A stretch of DNA of 64,000 bases from Pirellulales bacterium (GCA_035252155.1 DATFDL010000224.1:2984-66983); one strand, 5' to 3'. Shown: positions 17,987 through 27,291, numbered from the stretch's first letter. Numbers and translations: made by a program. Notes: a model not told the origin generated them from the sequence alone.

Positions 17987-18071
17987 GGAGGTCATCCGGC
18001 CGGATGAGGAGCCTGTCTTGAAAACAGGTGGCGGCGCAAGTCGCTTGTGAGTTCGAGTCTCACGGCCTCCG
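17987..18071 (+). tRNA. tRNA-Ser(TGA), class II
   Basis: Acceptor GGAGGTC/GGCCTCC, anticodon arm CCTGT-CTTGAAA-ACAGG, long variable arm, T arm GTGAG-TTCGAGT-CTCAC, G73. Confidence 0.8.
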
Positions 18072-18085
18072 CCTCTGGTGAAACA

Positions 18086-18158
18086 CGTCCCGTGGCCTAG
18101 TAGCGAAGGCAGCGCCTCCACACGGCGAAGATCGACAGTGCGAGTCTGTCCGGGACTA
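18086..18158 (+). tRNA. tRNA-Val(CAC)-like
   Basis: D stem GCC/GGC, anticodon stem CGCC/GGCG with loop TCCACAC (C at 33), T arm GACAG-TGCGAGT-CTGTC (G at 55), C1-U72 mismatch, A73. Confidence 0.55.
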
Positions 18159-18159
18159 C

Positions 18160-18234
18160 GTCCTCGTGGAGCAGCCAGGAGTGCTCGCCTGCTTGTCAGG
18201 CAGGAGGTCGCGGGTTCAAGTCCCGCCGGGGACG
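18160..18234 (+). tRNA. tRNA-Asp(GTC)
   Basis: Canonical: GTCCTCG/CGGGGAC, D stem GAGC/GCTC, anticodon arm CCTGC-TTGTCAG-GCAGG, T arm GCGGG-TTCAAGT-CCCGC, G73. Confidence 0.9.
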
Positions 18235-18248
18235 CTTTCATAAAGCAC

Positions 18249-18323
18249 GGCGCGGTACGCAAACAGGCAAAGCGGCCAAGCTCAAACCTTGGTGACCTGT
18301 CGGTTCGATTCCGACCTGCGCCA
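18249..18323 (+). tRNA. tRNA with anticodon CAA (Leu) on a short-variable-loop (class I) body
   Basis: Acceptor GGCGCGG/CTGCGCC, D stem CGC/GCG, anticodon arm CCAAG-CTCAAAC-CTTGG, ~6-nt variable loop, T arm GTCGG-TTCGATT-CCGAC, A73. Confidence 0.6.
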
Positions 18324-18459
18324 CTCGCACAACGAGCAACATGCGTCGGTTGAGCATTCGGATACAAAATCAGCGTCTATTGAGTGAACAGTGCTGGCCG
18401 GCGTTAACCGTGCGACGGCAATACGATCGAGTCCTGAACCCCGAACCTTGAACCCTCCC

Positions 18460-19050
18460 ATGGCCAAGATGCTCAACAGGCCGGCGCTGGTGCTCAACCG
18501 CAACTGGCAGCCGGTGAACGTCGCCACCGTCGCTCGCGCGCTGGTCATGCTCTTCAATGAGGCGGCCCGCGTCGTCGATCCGGCTGACTACCAGCTCTAC
18601 ACCTGGGCTGACTGGTCAGGGCTGGCTCCGCGCGACGGCGAGCCGTTCATCCAGGCGGTGAGCATGCGGTTGCGCGTACCGGAGGTGATCGTGCTGGCGG
18701 GCTACGATCGGCTGCCCGAAGCGGCCGTGGCGTTCAGCCGGCGGAACATCTTCAAGCGCGACCACTACACTTGCCAGTATTGCGGCGTACAGCCGGGCGT
18801 CGAGGAGCTGTCGATCGACCACGTAATTCCGCGGTCGCAAGGCGGCATCTCGACCTGGGACAACTGCGTGCTGGCGTGCGTGGAGTGCAACAAGCGCAAG
18901 GCCAACCGCACGCCGGCTGAGGCGGGCATGAAGCTGCGCAAGCAACCTTGCCGCCCGCAGTGGAAGCCGCTCTATGCTGCGCACAGCGTGCGTGTCGAGA
19001 GCTGGTCGAAGTTTGTCAGCGAGGCTTATTGGAGCGTCGAACTCCGCTGA
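18460..19050 (+). CDS. HNH endonuclease
   Basis: DHYTCQYCGVQPGVEELSIDHVIPRSQGGISTWDNCVLACVECNKRKANRTP is an HNH motif with two CxxC pairs. The likely start is the ATG at 18460 (MAKMLNRPALVLNRNWQPVN). Confidence 0.9.
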   Translation: MAKMLNRPALVLNRNWQPVNVATVARALVMLFNEAARVVDPADYQLYTWADWSGLAPRDGEPFIQAVSMRLRVPEVIVLAGYDRLPEAAVAFSRRNIFKRDHYTCQYCGVQPGVEELSIDHVIPRSQGGISTWDNCVLACVECNKRKANRTPAEAGMKLRKQPCRPQWKPLYAAHSVRVESWSKFVSEAYWSVELR

Positions 19051-19066
19051 GCCGCAGTTGAAGCAA

Positions 19067-19096
19067 GCCGATCCAAGCGGGGCAGCTTGGATCGGC
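19067..19096 (+). terminator. 12-bp perfect hairpin after the HNH gene
   Basis: GCCGATCCAAGC-GGGGCA-GCTTGGATCGGC. No U-run follows, so it could be a processing or terminator element. Confidence 0.4.
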
Positions 19097-19101
19097 CTTA
19101 C

Positions 19102-19171
19102 AGGATCGTGCTCCTGGGAGAGCCAGCGGTCTCCAAAGCCGCTTTACGGGGTTCGACTCCTCGCGATCCTG
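19102..19171 (+). tRNA. tRNA-Trp(CCA)-like
   Basis: Acceptor AGGATCG/CGATCCT, anticodon arm GCGGT-CTCCAAA-GCCGC, T arm CGGGG-TTCGACT-CCTCG, G73. The D arm is unusually small (CTC-CTGG-GAG). Confidence 0.65.
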
Positions 19172-19174
19172 CTT

Positions 19175-19245
19175 GTCCTGCGAGTGTGATGGAAGCACGG
19201 CAATCTTCGGAACTGTAAGACGGGGTCCGATTCCTCGGCGGGGTG
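19175..19245 (+). tRNA. tRNA-Arg(TCG)-like
   Basis: Acceptor GTCCTGC/GCGGGGT (three G-U pairs), D stem GTGT/GCAC, anticodon arm GCAAT-CTTCGGA-ACTGT (one mismatch), T arm CGGGG-TCCGATT-CCTCG (C at 55). Confidence 0.55.
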
Positions 19246-19264
19246 CTGCTGGTCATAACAACTT

Positions 19265-19337
19265 GTCCTCGGAGTGTGCCGGATTCGCACTCGAGCCCGC
19301 GAAGCTCGTAGACCAGGTTCGATTCCTGGCGAGGACG
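19265..19337 (+). tRNA. tRNA-Arg(GCG)-like
   Basis: Acceptor GTCCTCG/CGAGGAC, D stem GTGT/GCAC, anticodon stem CGAGC/GCTCG with loop CCGCGAA (C at 33), T arm CCAGG-TTCGATT-CCTGG. Confidence 0.7.
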
Positions 19338-19349
19338 CTTGAACAACCC

Positions 19350-19422
19350 GACGCTGGAGCCAGACGGCACGGCAACCGCCTGCAGAGCGGTTTCAAGCGG
19401 GTTCGACTCCCGCCGGCGTTTC
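19350..19422 (+). tRNA. tRNA-Cys(GCA)
   Basis: Acceptor GACGCTG/CGGCGTT, D stem GCC/GGC, anticodon arm ACCGC-CTGCAGA-GCGGT, T arm GCGGG-TTCGACT-CCCGC, U73. Confidence 0.85.
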
Positions 19423-19451
19423 TCACTGTCCAACTGCGGGTTCAGACTAGC

Positions 19452-20660
19452 TCAACGCGGCAGCCAACGGGGATGATCGACGCCCCGGTTTTCGATCCCC
19501 TTGGTGACACTCCGTGCGTTGCTGCCGTCGGCGTTCATCACCCAGGCGGTCGGCGAGTCTCCCGTCGCCGCACGGCAAAAGACAACCAGACGGCCGTCGG
19601 GCGATTCGCTGGCGCGGAAATCCCAAACGCCGGGCTGGCCAGATAAGTCGCTGATGCGCCCTGATCGAGGGTCGAGCCGGCTGATCCCGACTCCGCCGCG
19701 CGCTTCATCGGGCTTGTATTCGCGATTGAAATGATCGAGATCCGGTTTGCCGACTCGGTATTGCCACGGCGTCTTCGTACCGGGCAGCCGGCGCGGGAAT
19801 AAGATTGTGCCGTCGCGGCTCCACGCAGGCAGATTCGAGCCGCCGCCATGGGCATCTGCGGGACCATACGTGGCGGCGAACCACATGGCTCCGTCTTTCG
19901 TTAGAACGCGGTGTTCGGAGCCGTCGGGACGCCCGATGCACACGTCAGCCCAGTCGTGACCCGGGTCAGCACCCGGCAGGCAGTCGACGTAGAGCACCCA
20001 GTCTCCGGTGGGCGACCAGCTTGTGCCGAAGTAAAGGTGTCCCGGCTTGGCTGCGACCGTGACGCGGTTGCCGCCATCGATGTTGCTGGTGAAGACCCGA
20101 TAGCCCGCCGGCCCGGCCAGATGGAAGGCCACTCGCGTGCCGTCGGGGCTGAGGCTGAAGCCATAGGGCACACCTTCGCCAGCCCTGGTAAAGTCACGAG
20201 CGTCTGAACCGTCGAGCTGCATGCTCACCACCCGGGCGATCTTGTCCTTGACGACCTGAACGAGCAGCCGCTCGTCGTTCACTAGGAGAGCCGGCGTCTC
20301 GAACGGGGCAATGCGGCCCTTGGTGCAGATTTCGTCAAGCGAGCCGCCTTCCAAGTCGTGCAACCAGATGTGCGTGGGCGTCTGCGTATAAAACTCCTCG
20401 AACGGCCGGCCAGGGCCGTCGCGGCGAGGTTCCATGCTGAGGAATACCAGGCGCCGGCCATCTGAAAAGAACGGGCCAGGTTGCCAGGTTGCCTGATTGG
20501 GAACGTTGAAATCAAAGTAGCTGAGACCTGTGCCGTCGGCCCGGATGATGCCCGTCTTGCCTTGCGACGTGAACATGAATGTCGCCGTCCGCAACGGCGC
20601 CGCATCGGGCGAGCTGGCCGGAAGAACAACCAGAATTGCGGCGAAGCTCAAAAAGTGCAT
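19452..20660 (-). CDS. TolB-like (PD40/WD40-like) beta-propeller secreted protein
   Basis: Signal peptide and repeated SPDG/DGS...VF motifs (FSLSPDGTRVAF, ASESPDGRLVVF, MNADGSNARSVT). Confidence 0.75.
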   Translation of the reverse strand: MHFLSFAAILVVLPASSPDAAPLRTATFMFTSQGKTGIIRADGTGLSYFDFNVPNQATWQPGPFFSDGRRLVFLSMEPRRDGPGRPFEEFYTQTPTHIWLHDLEGGSLDEICTKGRIAPFETPALLVNDERLLVQVVKDKIARVVSMQLDGSDARDFTRAGEGVPYGFSLSPDGTRVAFHLAGPAGYRVFTSNIDGGNRVTVAAKPGHLYFGTSWSPTGDWVLYVDCLPGADPGHDWADVCIGRPDGSEHRVLTKDGAMWFAATYGPADAHGGGSNLPAWSRDGTILFPRRLPGTKTPWQYRVGKPDLDHFNREYKPDEARGGVGISRLDPRSGRISDLSGQPGVWDFRASESPDGRLVVFCRAATGDSPTAWVMNADGSNARSVTKGIENRGVDHPRWLPR

Positions 20661-20884
20661 GCGCCATCAATGCGGTGAAACCAGCCGGACGCTACGTTCG
20701 TCGTGGGTCTCGGCTATCATGTATCATGGCCGCGTATTTGAGCAATTCTATTTCGCCCGCCCTGTCGGCCTCAATCATAGCGCAGCCGTGGAGTTCATCA
20801 AGTGGGCAGAGCCCGAATCGAAAGGCGGCCCTGTTGGGAAGTTGGTGTCTTTGAATCCAATTCCTAGATAGAACCTATCCGTGT

Positions 20885-20914
20885 TTGAGGAGCAGTCACC
20901 AGCGACGGTATAAT
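20885..20914 (+). promoter_or_regulatory. candidate sigma70-type promoter giving a leaderless mRNA
   Basis: TTGAGG-N18-TATAAT, with the -10 box ending 7 nt before the ATG at 20922. Confidence 0.3.
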
Positions 20915-20921
20915 CACGACC

Positions 20922-23900
20922 ATGTATCGGGCATTCAAAATCCGAGTCCTTTCGACCGCCATCGCACTCGGCCTTGCATCTTTGCTGCCTGGTTCCAAGT
21001 TATGCGCGGAGCCAGCTACGGGCAAGTTCGAGTGCCGCTGGGCGGATGGCGAGATCGTCATCGACGGCAAGCCCGACGATGCCCCTTGGAGCAAAGCGGC
21101 ATTCATCGAAGGCTTTTCGTTACCCTGGCTGGGCGAGGCGGCTCGGCCTGCAAAAACCACTACCAAAGCGCGGCTGCTTTGGGACCGCGAGAACCTCTAT
21201 TTCTTCGCGGACATGGACGACTCCGATCTCTTTGCCGACGTCAACGAGCACGACGGCGTCACCTGGGAAAACGACGTCTTCGAGCTTTTTTTGAAACCCG
21301 CCGACGATAAGCCGGGCTACTACGAATTTCAGGTCAACGCGGCCGGCGCCGTCATGGACATGTTCCTCCCGCACAGGGGGAGCGGCGGCTACCGGCGGTT
21401 CAAGAGCGACGCCGTCTTTCATGTGGAAGCCAAGGTATCGCTCAGGGGCACGTTGAATCGCTGGCAAGATCGCGATGCGGGCTGGTCGGTCGAAGGCCGC
21501 ATACCCTGGATCGACTTCTTGCGCACAGGCGGCCGCCCCGGCGACGGCGAGACCTGGAAGTTTGCGCTCTGCCGCTACGATTACTCCGTCGACTTCGAAG
21601 GCCCGGAACTTTCGACCTGCGCGCTGCTGAAGTCGCAACCGCCCGACTTTCATCACTACGAAGACTACGCCACGCTCATCTTCAAGGGGCCGAGCGAGCA
21701 GACAACCTTGCGGCCGCACGGCCTCGAGACGTACACACCGGTTACGACTTCCCGCCTGATCGGCTCGCCCGATCCGCCGCTGCCTTACCGCGCCCGACGC
21801 ACGCTGCCGGAACTGCAGCTTTCGTTCCCCGTGTTTATGATCGCCGAGCCGGGCAGCGGCAAGTTGTGGATCATCGACCAGCCCGCGGCCTATGGCCCGA
21901 CGCGGATCGCACGCGCCACCGGCAAACCCGACGAAGCCAGCCTGGAAACGCTGTTGCAAATGGAAGAGGGGCTCGCCTACTCAATCGTCTTCCATCCCGA
22001 TTTCCGCCAGAACGGCTTCGTTTATGTCGGCGCGAATACGAAGGCCGGCACCAAACGGCGGTCGACGCGGATTACCAGATATTCGGTCAGCCGTGAACCT
22101 CCCTACGCGCTCGATCCGGCGTCAGCCTTGGTGATAATCGAGTGGCCTTCGGAGGGACACGACGGCGCGGCCCTCGCGTTCGGCCTCGATCGCATGCTTT
22201 ACATTACCTCCGGTGACGGTACTTCCGATTCCGACACCGACATCGTGGGCCAAGACCTGAGCCTGCTCACCGCCAAGGTGCTGCGGATCGACGTCGACCA
22301 TCCTCAGGCCGACCAACCTTATTCAGTTCCGGCCGACAATCCCTTTGTGAGTGTGGCCGGCGCGCGGCCCGAGACCTGGGCCATTGGCTTGCGAAATCCG
22401 TGGCGGATGACGACCGATCCCGCCACCGGGCAAATCTGGGTCGGCAGCAACGGCCAAGACCTGTGGGAGCACGTCTTTTTGCTCCAGCGCGGCGCTAACT
22501 ACGGTTGGAGCATTTTCGAGGGGAGCCATCCGTTCTACCTCGAGCGCAAACTGGCCGACGTTCCGCACACGCCGCCTACCGCCGAGCACCCGCATTCGGA
22601 AGCAAGATCGCTCACGGGCGGCGTGGTCTATCACGGGGCGAAGCTGCCCGAGCTGCGCGGGGCCTATATCTACGGCGATTATTCGACCGGCAAGATCTGG
22701 GGCTTGAGGCACGATGGCGAGCGGGTGGTTTGGCACAAGGAGCTGGCCGATACGAGCCTGGCTATCACGGCCTTTGCCCTCGACGCCGACGGAGAACTGC
22801 TCATCGCCGACCATCGTGGTGGCGGCCAAGGCGGTTTTTATACTCTGGAGCCGAACATGGGCGATGATACGCAGGCTGCCTTTCCGCGGCGGCTCAGCGA
22901 AACGGGCCTTTTTCGATCCGTCGCCAGGCATGAGATGCAACCGGGCGCAATCCCCTACGATGTGAATGCGCCGCTCTGGTCCGACGGCGCCTACAAAGCA
23001 CGTTGGCTCATCTTGCCGCCCACGATGGCCGAGGACGGCCGTGATGTGCCCGTGCAAATTTCGTTGAGCGGCGATCGCTCGTGGGACTTGCCCGAGCGGA
23101 CTGTGCTGGTGAAGTCGTTTGCGCTGGAACGACAAGAGGGCAAGCCGGAAACGCGGCGCTGGGTCGAAACCCGCTTGCTCACACGCCAGCAGGGCGAATG
23201 GGTCGGCTACTCCTATCGCTGGAACGACGAGCAAACCGATGCCGTTCTGGTCGACGCCCAGGGGGCCGACCAGGAGTTTTCGATCGGCATGGCGGGCGGC
23301 GAGCGGCGGCAAACATGGCGCTATCCGAGCCGCGGCGAGTGCATGGTTTGTCATAGCCGCGCGGCCAACTTTGTGCTCGGCATCTCCACGCCGCAATTGA
23401 ACCGAGATTTCGACTACGGCGGTGTTGTCGATAATCAGTTGCGCGTGTTCGAGCATCTGGGGCTACTGCGGGTCGATTATCCGTTGGACGCGCGGGAGTA
23501 CCTGCAAGAACAGCTTCGCGCCGCGGGAGTTTCGGCCGACGAAGCGGCGGAGCGGGTGGCCGCAGCGACTGCGTCTCGCGGACAGCGGTCGCCCGTGGCT
23601 TCGGCGCTGCTCGCCCGGTCGCCGCAGCATTATCCGCGGCTCGCGGATCCCGCTGACGAGCGAGAGTCGATCGAGCGCCGGGCACGAGCGTATCTGCACG
23701 CCAATTGTGCCCAATGCCATGTGGAAGCCGGCGGCGGCAACGCTCAGATCGACCTGCGTTTTTCGACCGCCGGCGACAAAATGCGGCTCGTCGGCATTGA
23801 GCCGCTTCATGACCGTTTTGGGATCGAAGGGGCGAAGTTAGTGGCTCCAGGTGAGCCCGAGCGCTCCGTGCTTCTACGCCGCATCAGCATTCGCGGCCGC

Positions 23901-23993
23901 GGGCAGATGCCCCAGCTTGCGACTTCTTTAGTCGATCAACAGGCCGTGGAGCTGATCCGAGAGTGGATCAAAGGTATGGCTAAATCGAATTGA
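20922..23993 (+). CDS. multidomain secreted protein: CBM9/DOMON-like N-terminus, PQQ-dependent sugar dehydrogenase-like beta-propeller, C-terminal di-haem (two CxxCH) domain
   Basis: GLRNPWRM and DGMLYITSGDG-type propeller motifs. CMVCH and CAQCH haem-binding motifs in the C-terminal third. Confidence 0.8.
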   Translation: MYRAFKIRVLSTAIALGLASLLPGSKLCAEPATGKFECRWADGEIVIDGKPDDAPWSKAAFIEGFSLPWLGEAARPAKTTTKARLLWDRENLYFFADMDDSDLFADVNEHDGVTWENDVFELFLKPADDKPGYYEFQVNAAGAVMDMFLPHRGSGGYRRFKSDAVFHVEAKVSLRGTLNRWQDRDAGWSVEGRIPWIDFLRTGGRPGDGETWKFALCRYDYSVDFEGPELSTCALLKSQPPDFHHYEDYATLIFKGPSEQTTLRPHGLETYTPVTTSRLIGSPDPPLPYRARRTLPELQLSFPVFMIAEPGSGKLWIIDQPAAYGPTRIARATGKPDEASLETLLQMEEGLAYSIVFHPDFRQNGFVYVGANTKAGTKRRSTRITRYSVSREPPYALDPASALVIIEWPSEGHDGAALAFGLDRMLYITSGDGTSDSDTDIVGQDLSLLTAKVLRIDVDHPQADQPYSVPADNPFVSVAGARPETWAIGLRNPWRMTTDPATGQIWVGSNGQDLWEHVFLLQRGANYGWSIFEGSHPFYLERKLADVPHTPPTAEHPHSEARSLTGGVVYHGAKLPELRGAYIYGDYSTGKIWGLRHDGERVVWHKELADTSLAITAFALDADGELLIADHRGGGQGGFYTLEPNMGDDTQAAFPRRLSETGLFRSVARHEMQPGAIPYDVNAPLWSDGAYKARWLILPPTMAEDGRDVPVQISLSGDRSWDLPERTVLVKSFALERQEGKPETRRWVETRLLTRQQGEWVGYSYRWNDEQTDAVLVDAQGADQEFSIGMAGGERRQTWRYPSRGECMVCHSRAANFVLGISTPQLNRDFDYGGVVDNQLRVFEHLGLLRVDYPLDAREYLQEQLRAAGVSADEAAERVAAATASRGQRSPVASALLARSPQHYPRLADPADERESIERRARAYLHANCAQCHVEAGGGNAQIDLRFSTAGDKMRLVGIEPLHDRFGIEGAKLVAPGEPERSVLLRRISIRGRGQMPQLATSLVDQQAVELIREWIKGMAKSN

Positions 23994-24030
23994 CTGTCTA
24001 CGAACGCTCATCATCTAGGAGATTCTTTCC

Positions 24031-24882
24031 ATGTTTCTAACCACTTTGGCGCTCGCTATGGCCGCGATGGGCCAAGGCCAATCGAATTGGCACGAACCAT
24101 TCCCGGCGCATCGGGTCGTCGGCAACGTTTACTACGTCGGCTCCAAAGATTTAGCGACCTTTCTGATAACCACCCCTGACGGGCACATTCTCATCAACAG
24201 TGGCTTTGAGCGCACCGTTCCCTTGATTCAAAGATCGATGGAGTCGCTCCGCTTCAAGCTTACCGATGTCAAGATTCTGCTGGCGAGCCATGCCCACTCA
24301 GACCACGTTGCCGGGCACGCATTGCTGCAAAAGTTGACCGGCGCGAAGGTCTATGTAATGCGGGGCGACGACGAGGTCATCGCTTCGGGCGGCAAGGGCC
24401 AATACTTGTACACGACCGACCGCTGGGAGCCGTGCAGGGTCGACCGCGTTCTGGAAGATCGCGACGAAGTCAAATTGGGGGGCGTCACATTGGTTGCTCG
24501 TCGGACACCTGGCCATACTCGCGGCTGCACGACCTGGACTTGGCGCGCGGCGGACGGCGGCAAGCAATATGACATCGTGGTCATTGGCAGCCCCAACGTG
24601 AATCCGGGGTTTCAGCTCATCAACAACCAAGATTACCCCGAAATAGCCGCGGACTTCGCCAAGACGTTCGAGGTTCTCAAGAGCTTGCCCTGCGACGTGT
24701 TTCTCGGTGCGCATGGCGGCTATTACGGCATGGTGGAACGATACGATCTCCTCACGAAGGGGCAGGCGGATGTTTTCGTGAATCCCGAAGGCTACAAGAA
24801 GTACGTCGCACAAAAAGAGCAGGCATTCCGCCAGACGCTCGCCATGCAGCAGAGCAAGGCGGACCTGCAAACGGCGCCATAA
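24031..24882 (+). CDS. subclass B3-like metallo-beta-lactamase fold hydrolase
   Basis: SHAHSDH (HxHxDH) zinc motif, TPGHTRGC, and NVYYVGSKDLATFLITTPDGHILINSG. Confidence 0.75.
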   Translation: MFLTTLALAMAAMGQGQSNWHEPFPAHRVVGNVYYVGSKDLATFLITTPDGHILINSGFERTVPLIQRSMESLRFKLTDVKILLASHAHSDHVAGHALLQKLTGAKVYVMRGDDEVIASGGKGQYLYTTDRWEPCRVDRVLEDRDEVKLGGVTLVARRTPGHTRGCTTWTWRAADGGKQYDIVVIGSPNVNPGFQLINNQDYPEIAADFAKTFEVLKSLPCDVFLGAHGGYYGMVERYDLLTKGQADVFVNPEGYKKYVAQKEQAFRQTLAMQQSKADLQTAP

Positions 24883-24943
24883 GTCACGCCGCCTGCCGCC
24901 TTTCGCAATCAGCACGTGTCGGCCGAATTACCTGCGCTGACGG

Positions 24944-26998
24944 CTATGGTGCCGGCTCGCCGCCATGCTCGGCGAACCAGGCCAGCACGCGGCGAAGAAC
25001 GTCGGCCTGATGGCGCGGCTGGCGAATGCCGTGGCCTTCGTCGGGATAAATCACCATCGCCGTCGACACGCCGCGCGACACGAGTGATTGATAGAACATC
25101 CGCCCCATCGGCAACGGGCAGCGGCGGTCGTCACGGGAATGCAAGATCAAGGTCGGTGTTGTGACGCGGTCGGCGTAGCTGATGGGGCTGTGGCGCTGCA
25201 TGGCCTCGGCAATCTCCCACGGCGGGCCGCCCAACTCCCACTCGGTCCAGCTCTGGATGTCGCTGGTGCCCCACATGACGTTCAAGTCGGTGACGGCGTT
25301 TTGAGCGACAGCGGCGGAGAACTGCCGCGTGTGGCCGACGAGCCAACAGGTCATGTAGCCCCCGTAACTGATGCCATAGACAAACTGCCGGGCGGGATCG
25401 ACGAGATCGTCGGCAATCAATGAGTCGATGCCGGTCAGTATGTCGCGCATGTCGCCGCCGCCGAAGTCGCGGCGGTCGGCATCGAGAAACTGCTTGTCGT
25501 AGCCGGCCGAGCCGCGAAAATTCGGTTGAAACACAAGGTAGCCGTGCGCCGCCAGGATTTGAGCGGTAAAGCTGAAGCCAGCAGTCGAGCGGCTATGCGG
25601 CCCGCCATGCGGATAAACGACCAGCGGATACGGCGGCTTGCCTTTCGGCGGAATGGTAAGAATGCCTTCCAGCCGCAGTTGGTCGTTCGTCCATTCGACC
25701 ACGCGCTCTTCAGCCATCTGCCGCGACTTGAAGAGCGGGTCACCTGGCGGAGTGAGCCGTTGCCGCACCGAATGCCGTTGAGCCAACGGGCTGTCGCCGC
25801 CGTTTACCTGCTTGTCGATAGGGGTGCCTTCTCCGGTTCCCAGCGCAACGGACACGGTGGCGGTCTGTGTACCGTTGAAATTCGTGTACCAGAATGCGTC
25901 TTCGCCGCCCCAGCATTCGTCGGGCAGTGGAAACGACGGCACCGCATGTGGCGGCCTTCCCGTCGAGGCATGATGATCAAAGAGCACGTGGGGCGCGGAC
26001 CTCTCGCCATCGAGCGGCACCATCAGCAGATTATAGATGTCGGCGTGCGGGCCTTTTCGCGGCGAGCTGAGGCAAACCAAGCGAGAACCGTCGGGCGAAA
26101 CGCGCGGCGAGACCTCGGGGCCGGGGCCATGCGTCAATTGCCGCTGTTCGCCGCTGGCGACGTCGATTGCCCAAATATCAAAGTTCTTGTTGATGCTGTG
26201 GCGGACCGCCTCGACGTCGCCAGACTTATTGGCATGGCAATACAGCATACGGCCGTCGGGCGACCATTGCGGGTCGCCGTACCAAATTTCGTCGTCGGTC
26301 AGCCGCCAGATGCTTTTGGCCGCGCAATTTTCTTGTTCGGGTTCGAGATCGGCCACCCAGACTTGCGCCGTGCCGTAGCCGGTATAGCCCTCGCCCTGAT
26401 CGGGCCGCACCAGGTAAACGTCGGCGGCAATCTCGTCGGGCGTGCGTTGCTCTCGTCCATCGTCGGCGATCAACGCCAGCCGGCGGCCATCGGGCGAGAA
26501 CGCTACGCGGCCATAGAACTGATCGTTGAAGACGCGGCCATAGGGTTTGTCTCGGCCCGCAAGCGGCATCGTGCGACGACCGTCTGAGGAGACAAGCCAG
26601 ATGTCGGTCGCCGCCTCCGATTGTATTGGCACGCTCGGCGTTTGCGGCCAGCCCTGCGGACCTGGGCGAGTCGAGCGGATAGCGATCCACTGCCCGTCGG
26701 GCGAATAGACCGGCGAGCGAGCGTCGGGCTGCCCGAGTTCCAAGGGATGAGAGGCCGTGCCGTCAAACGTCCAGAGCGAAAAACGTTCGATCCGTGATGG
26801 GCCATCGATCCAGCGGCGAATGTAGGCCGTGCTTTTGCCATCGGGCGACAGAACCACCGATTGCGGGCCGTCCATGCGGAACAGGTCGTCGATCGACCAA
26901 GGCACCTTCGCCGGTTGCTGCGCGGCCGCCGAAAACGGACCGATGCCAATCAACAATAAGGCTACGGCCGGCCAATAGCGGCCTCGCCTGGTTCTCAT
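24944..26998 (-). CDS. S9 family serine peptidase (prolyl oligopeptidase/DPP type) with N-terminal beta-propeller
   Basis: GISYGGYM nucleophile motif, C-terminal D...H (YPDEGHGI), and PD40-like repeats. The start is taken at the ATG at 26998 (MRTRRGRYWPAVALLLIG signal). Confidence 0.85.
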   Translation of the reverse strand: MRTRRGRYWPAVALLLIGIGPFSAAAQQPAKVPWSIDDLFRMDGPQSVVLSPDGKSTAYIRRWIDGPSRIERFSLWTFDGTASHPLELGQPDARSPVYSPDGQWIAIRSTRPGPQGWPQTPSVPIQSEAATDIWLVSSDGRRTMPLAGRDKPYGRVFNDQFYGRVAFSPDGRRLALIADDGREQRTPDEIAADVYLVRPDQGEGYTGYGTAQVWVADLEPEQENCAAKSIWRLTDDEIWYGDPQWSPDGRMLYCHANKSGDVEAVRHSINKNFDIWAIDVASGEQRQLTHGPGPEVSPRVSPDGSRLVCLSSPRKGPHADIYNLLMVPLDGERSAPHVLFDHHASTGRPPHAVPSFPLPDECWGGEDAFWYTNFNGTQTATVSVALGTGEGTPIDKQVNGGDSPLAQRHSVRQRLTPPGDPLFKSRQMAEERVVEWTNDQLRLEGILTIPPKGKPPYPLVVYPHGGPHSRSTAGFSFTAQILAAHGYLVFQPNFRGSAGYDKQFLDADRRDFGGGDMRDILTGIDSLIADDLVDPARQFVYGISYGGYMTCWLVGHTRQFSAAVAQNAVTDLNVMWGTSDIQSWTEWELGGPPWEIAEAMQRHSPISYADRVTTPTLILHSRDDRRCPLPMGRMFYQSLVSRGVSTAMVIYPDEGHGIRQPRHQADVLRRVLAWFAEHGGEPAP

Positions 26999-27291
26999 AG
27001 AGCACCTTTTCGAGAGCGTCATGGATGCGTTGCTCGCTTGCGGCCTGGACCAACGCCAGTCGTGTTTATAACAATGGCGGAAAGCCGCGTCGGTCGGAGT
27101 ATAACCCAGCCAGCGCTCGCCGTCACCGATGGAGAGCACGAACGCGTCGGACGCCATACGTTGGGCTATCGATTGGTAGCCGACGAAGGCCTTGCCCGAA
27201 AGGAGGGCGATCTTTTGCCCCGACCCAAATCGACACACGGCTGGCCGACATTCTACGAATCACCAGCCGGCGTCGGGGACAGCATCAGCAT

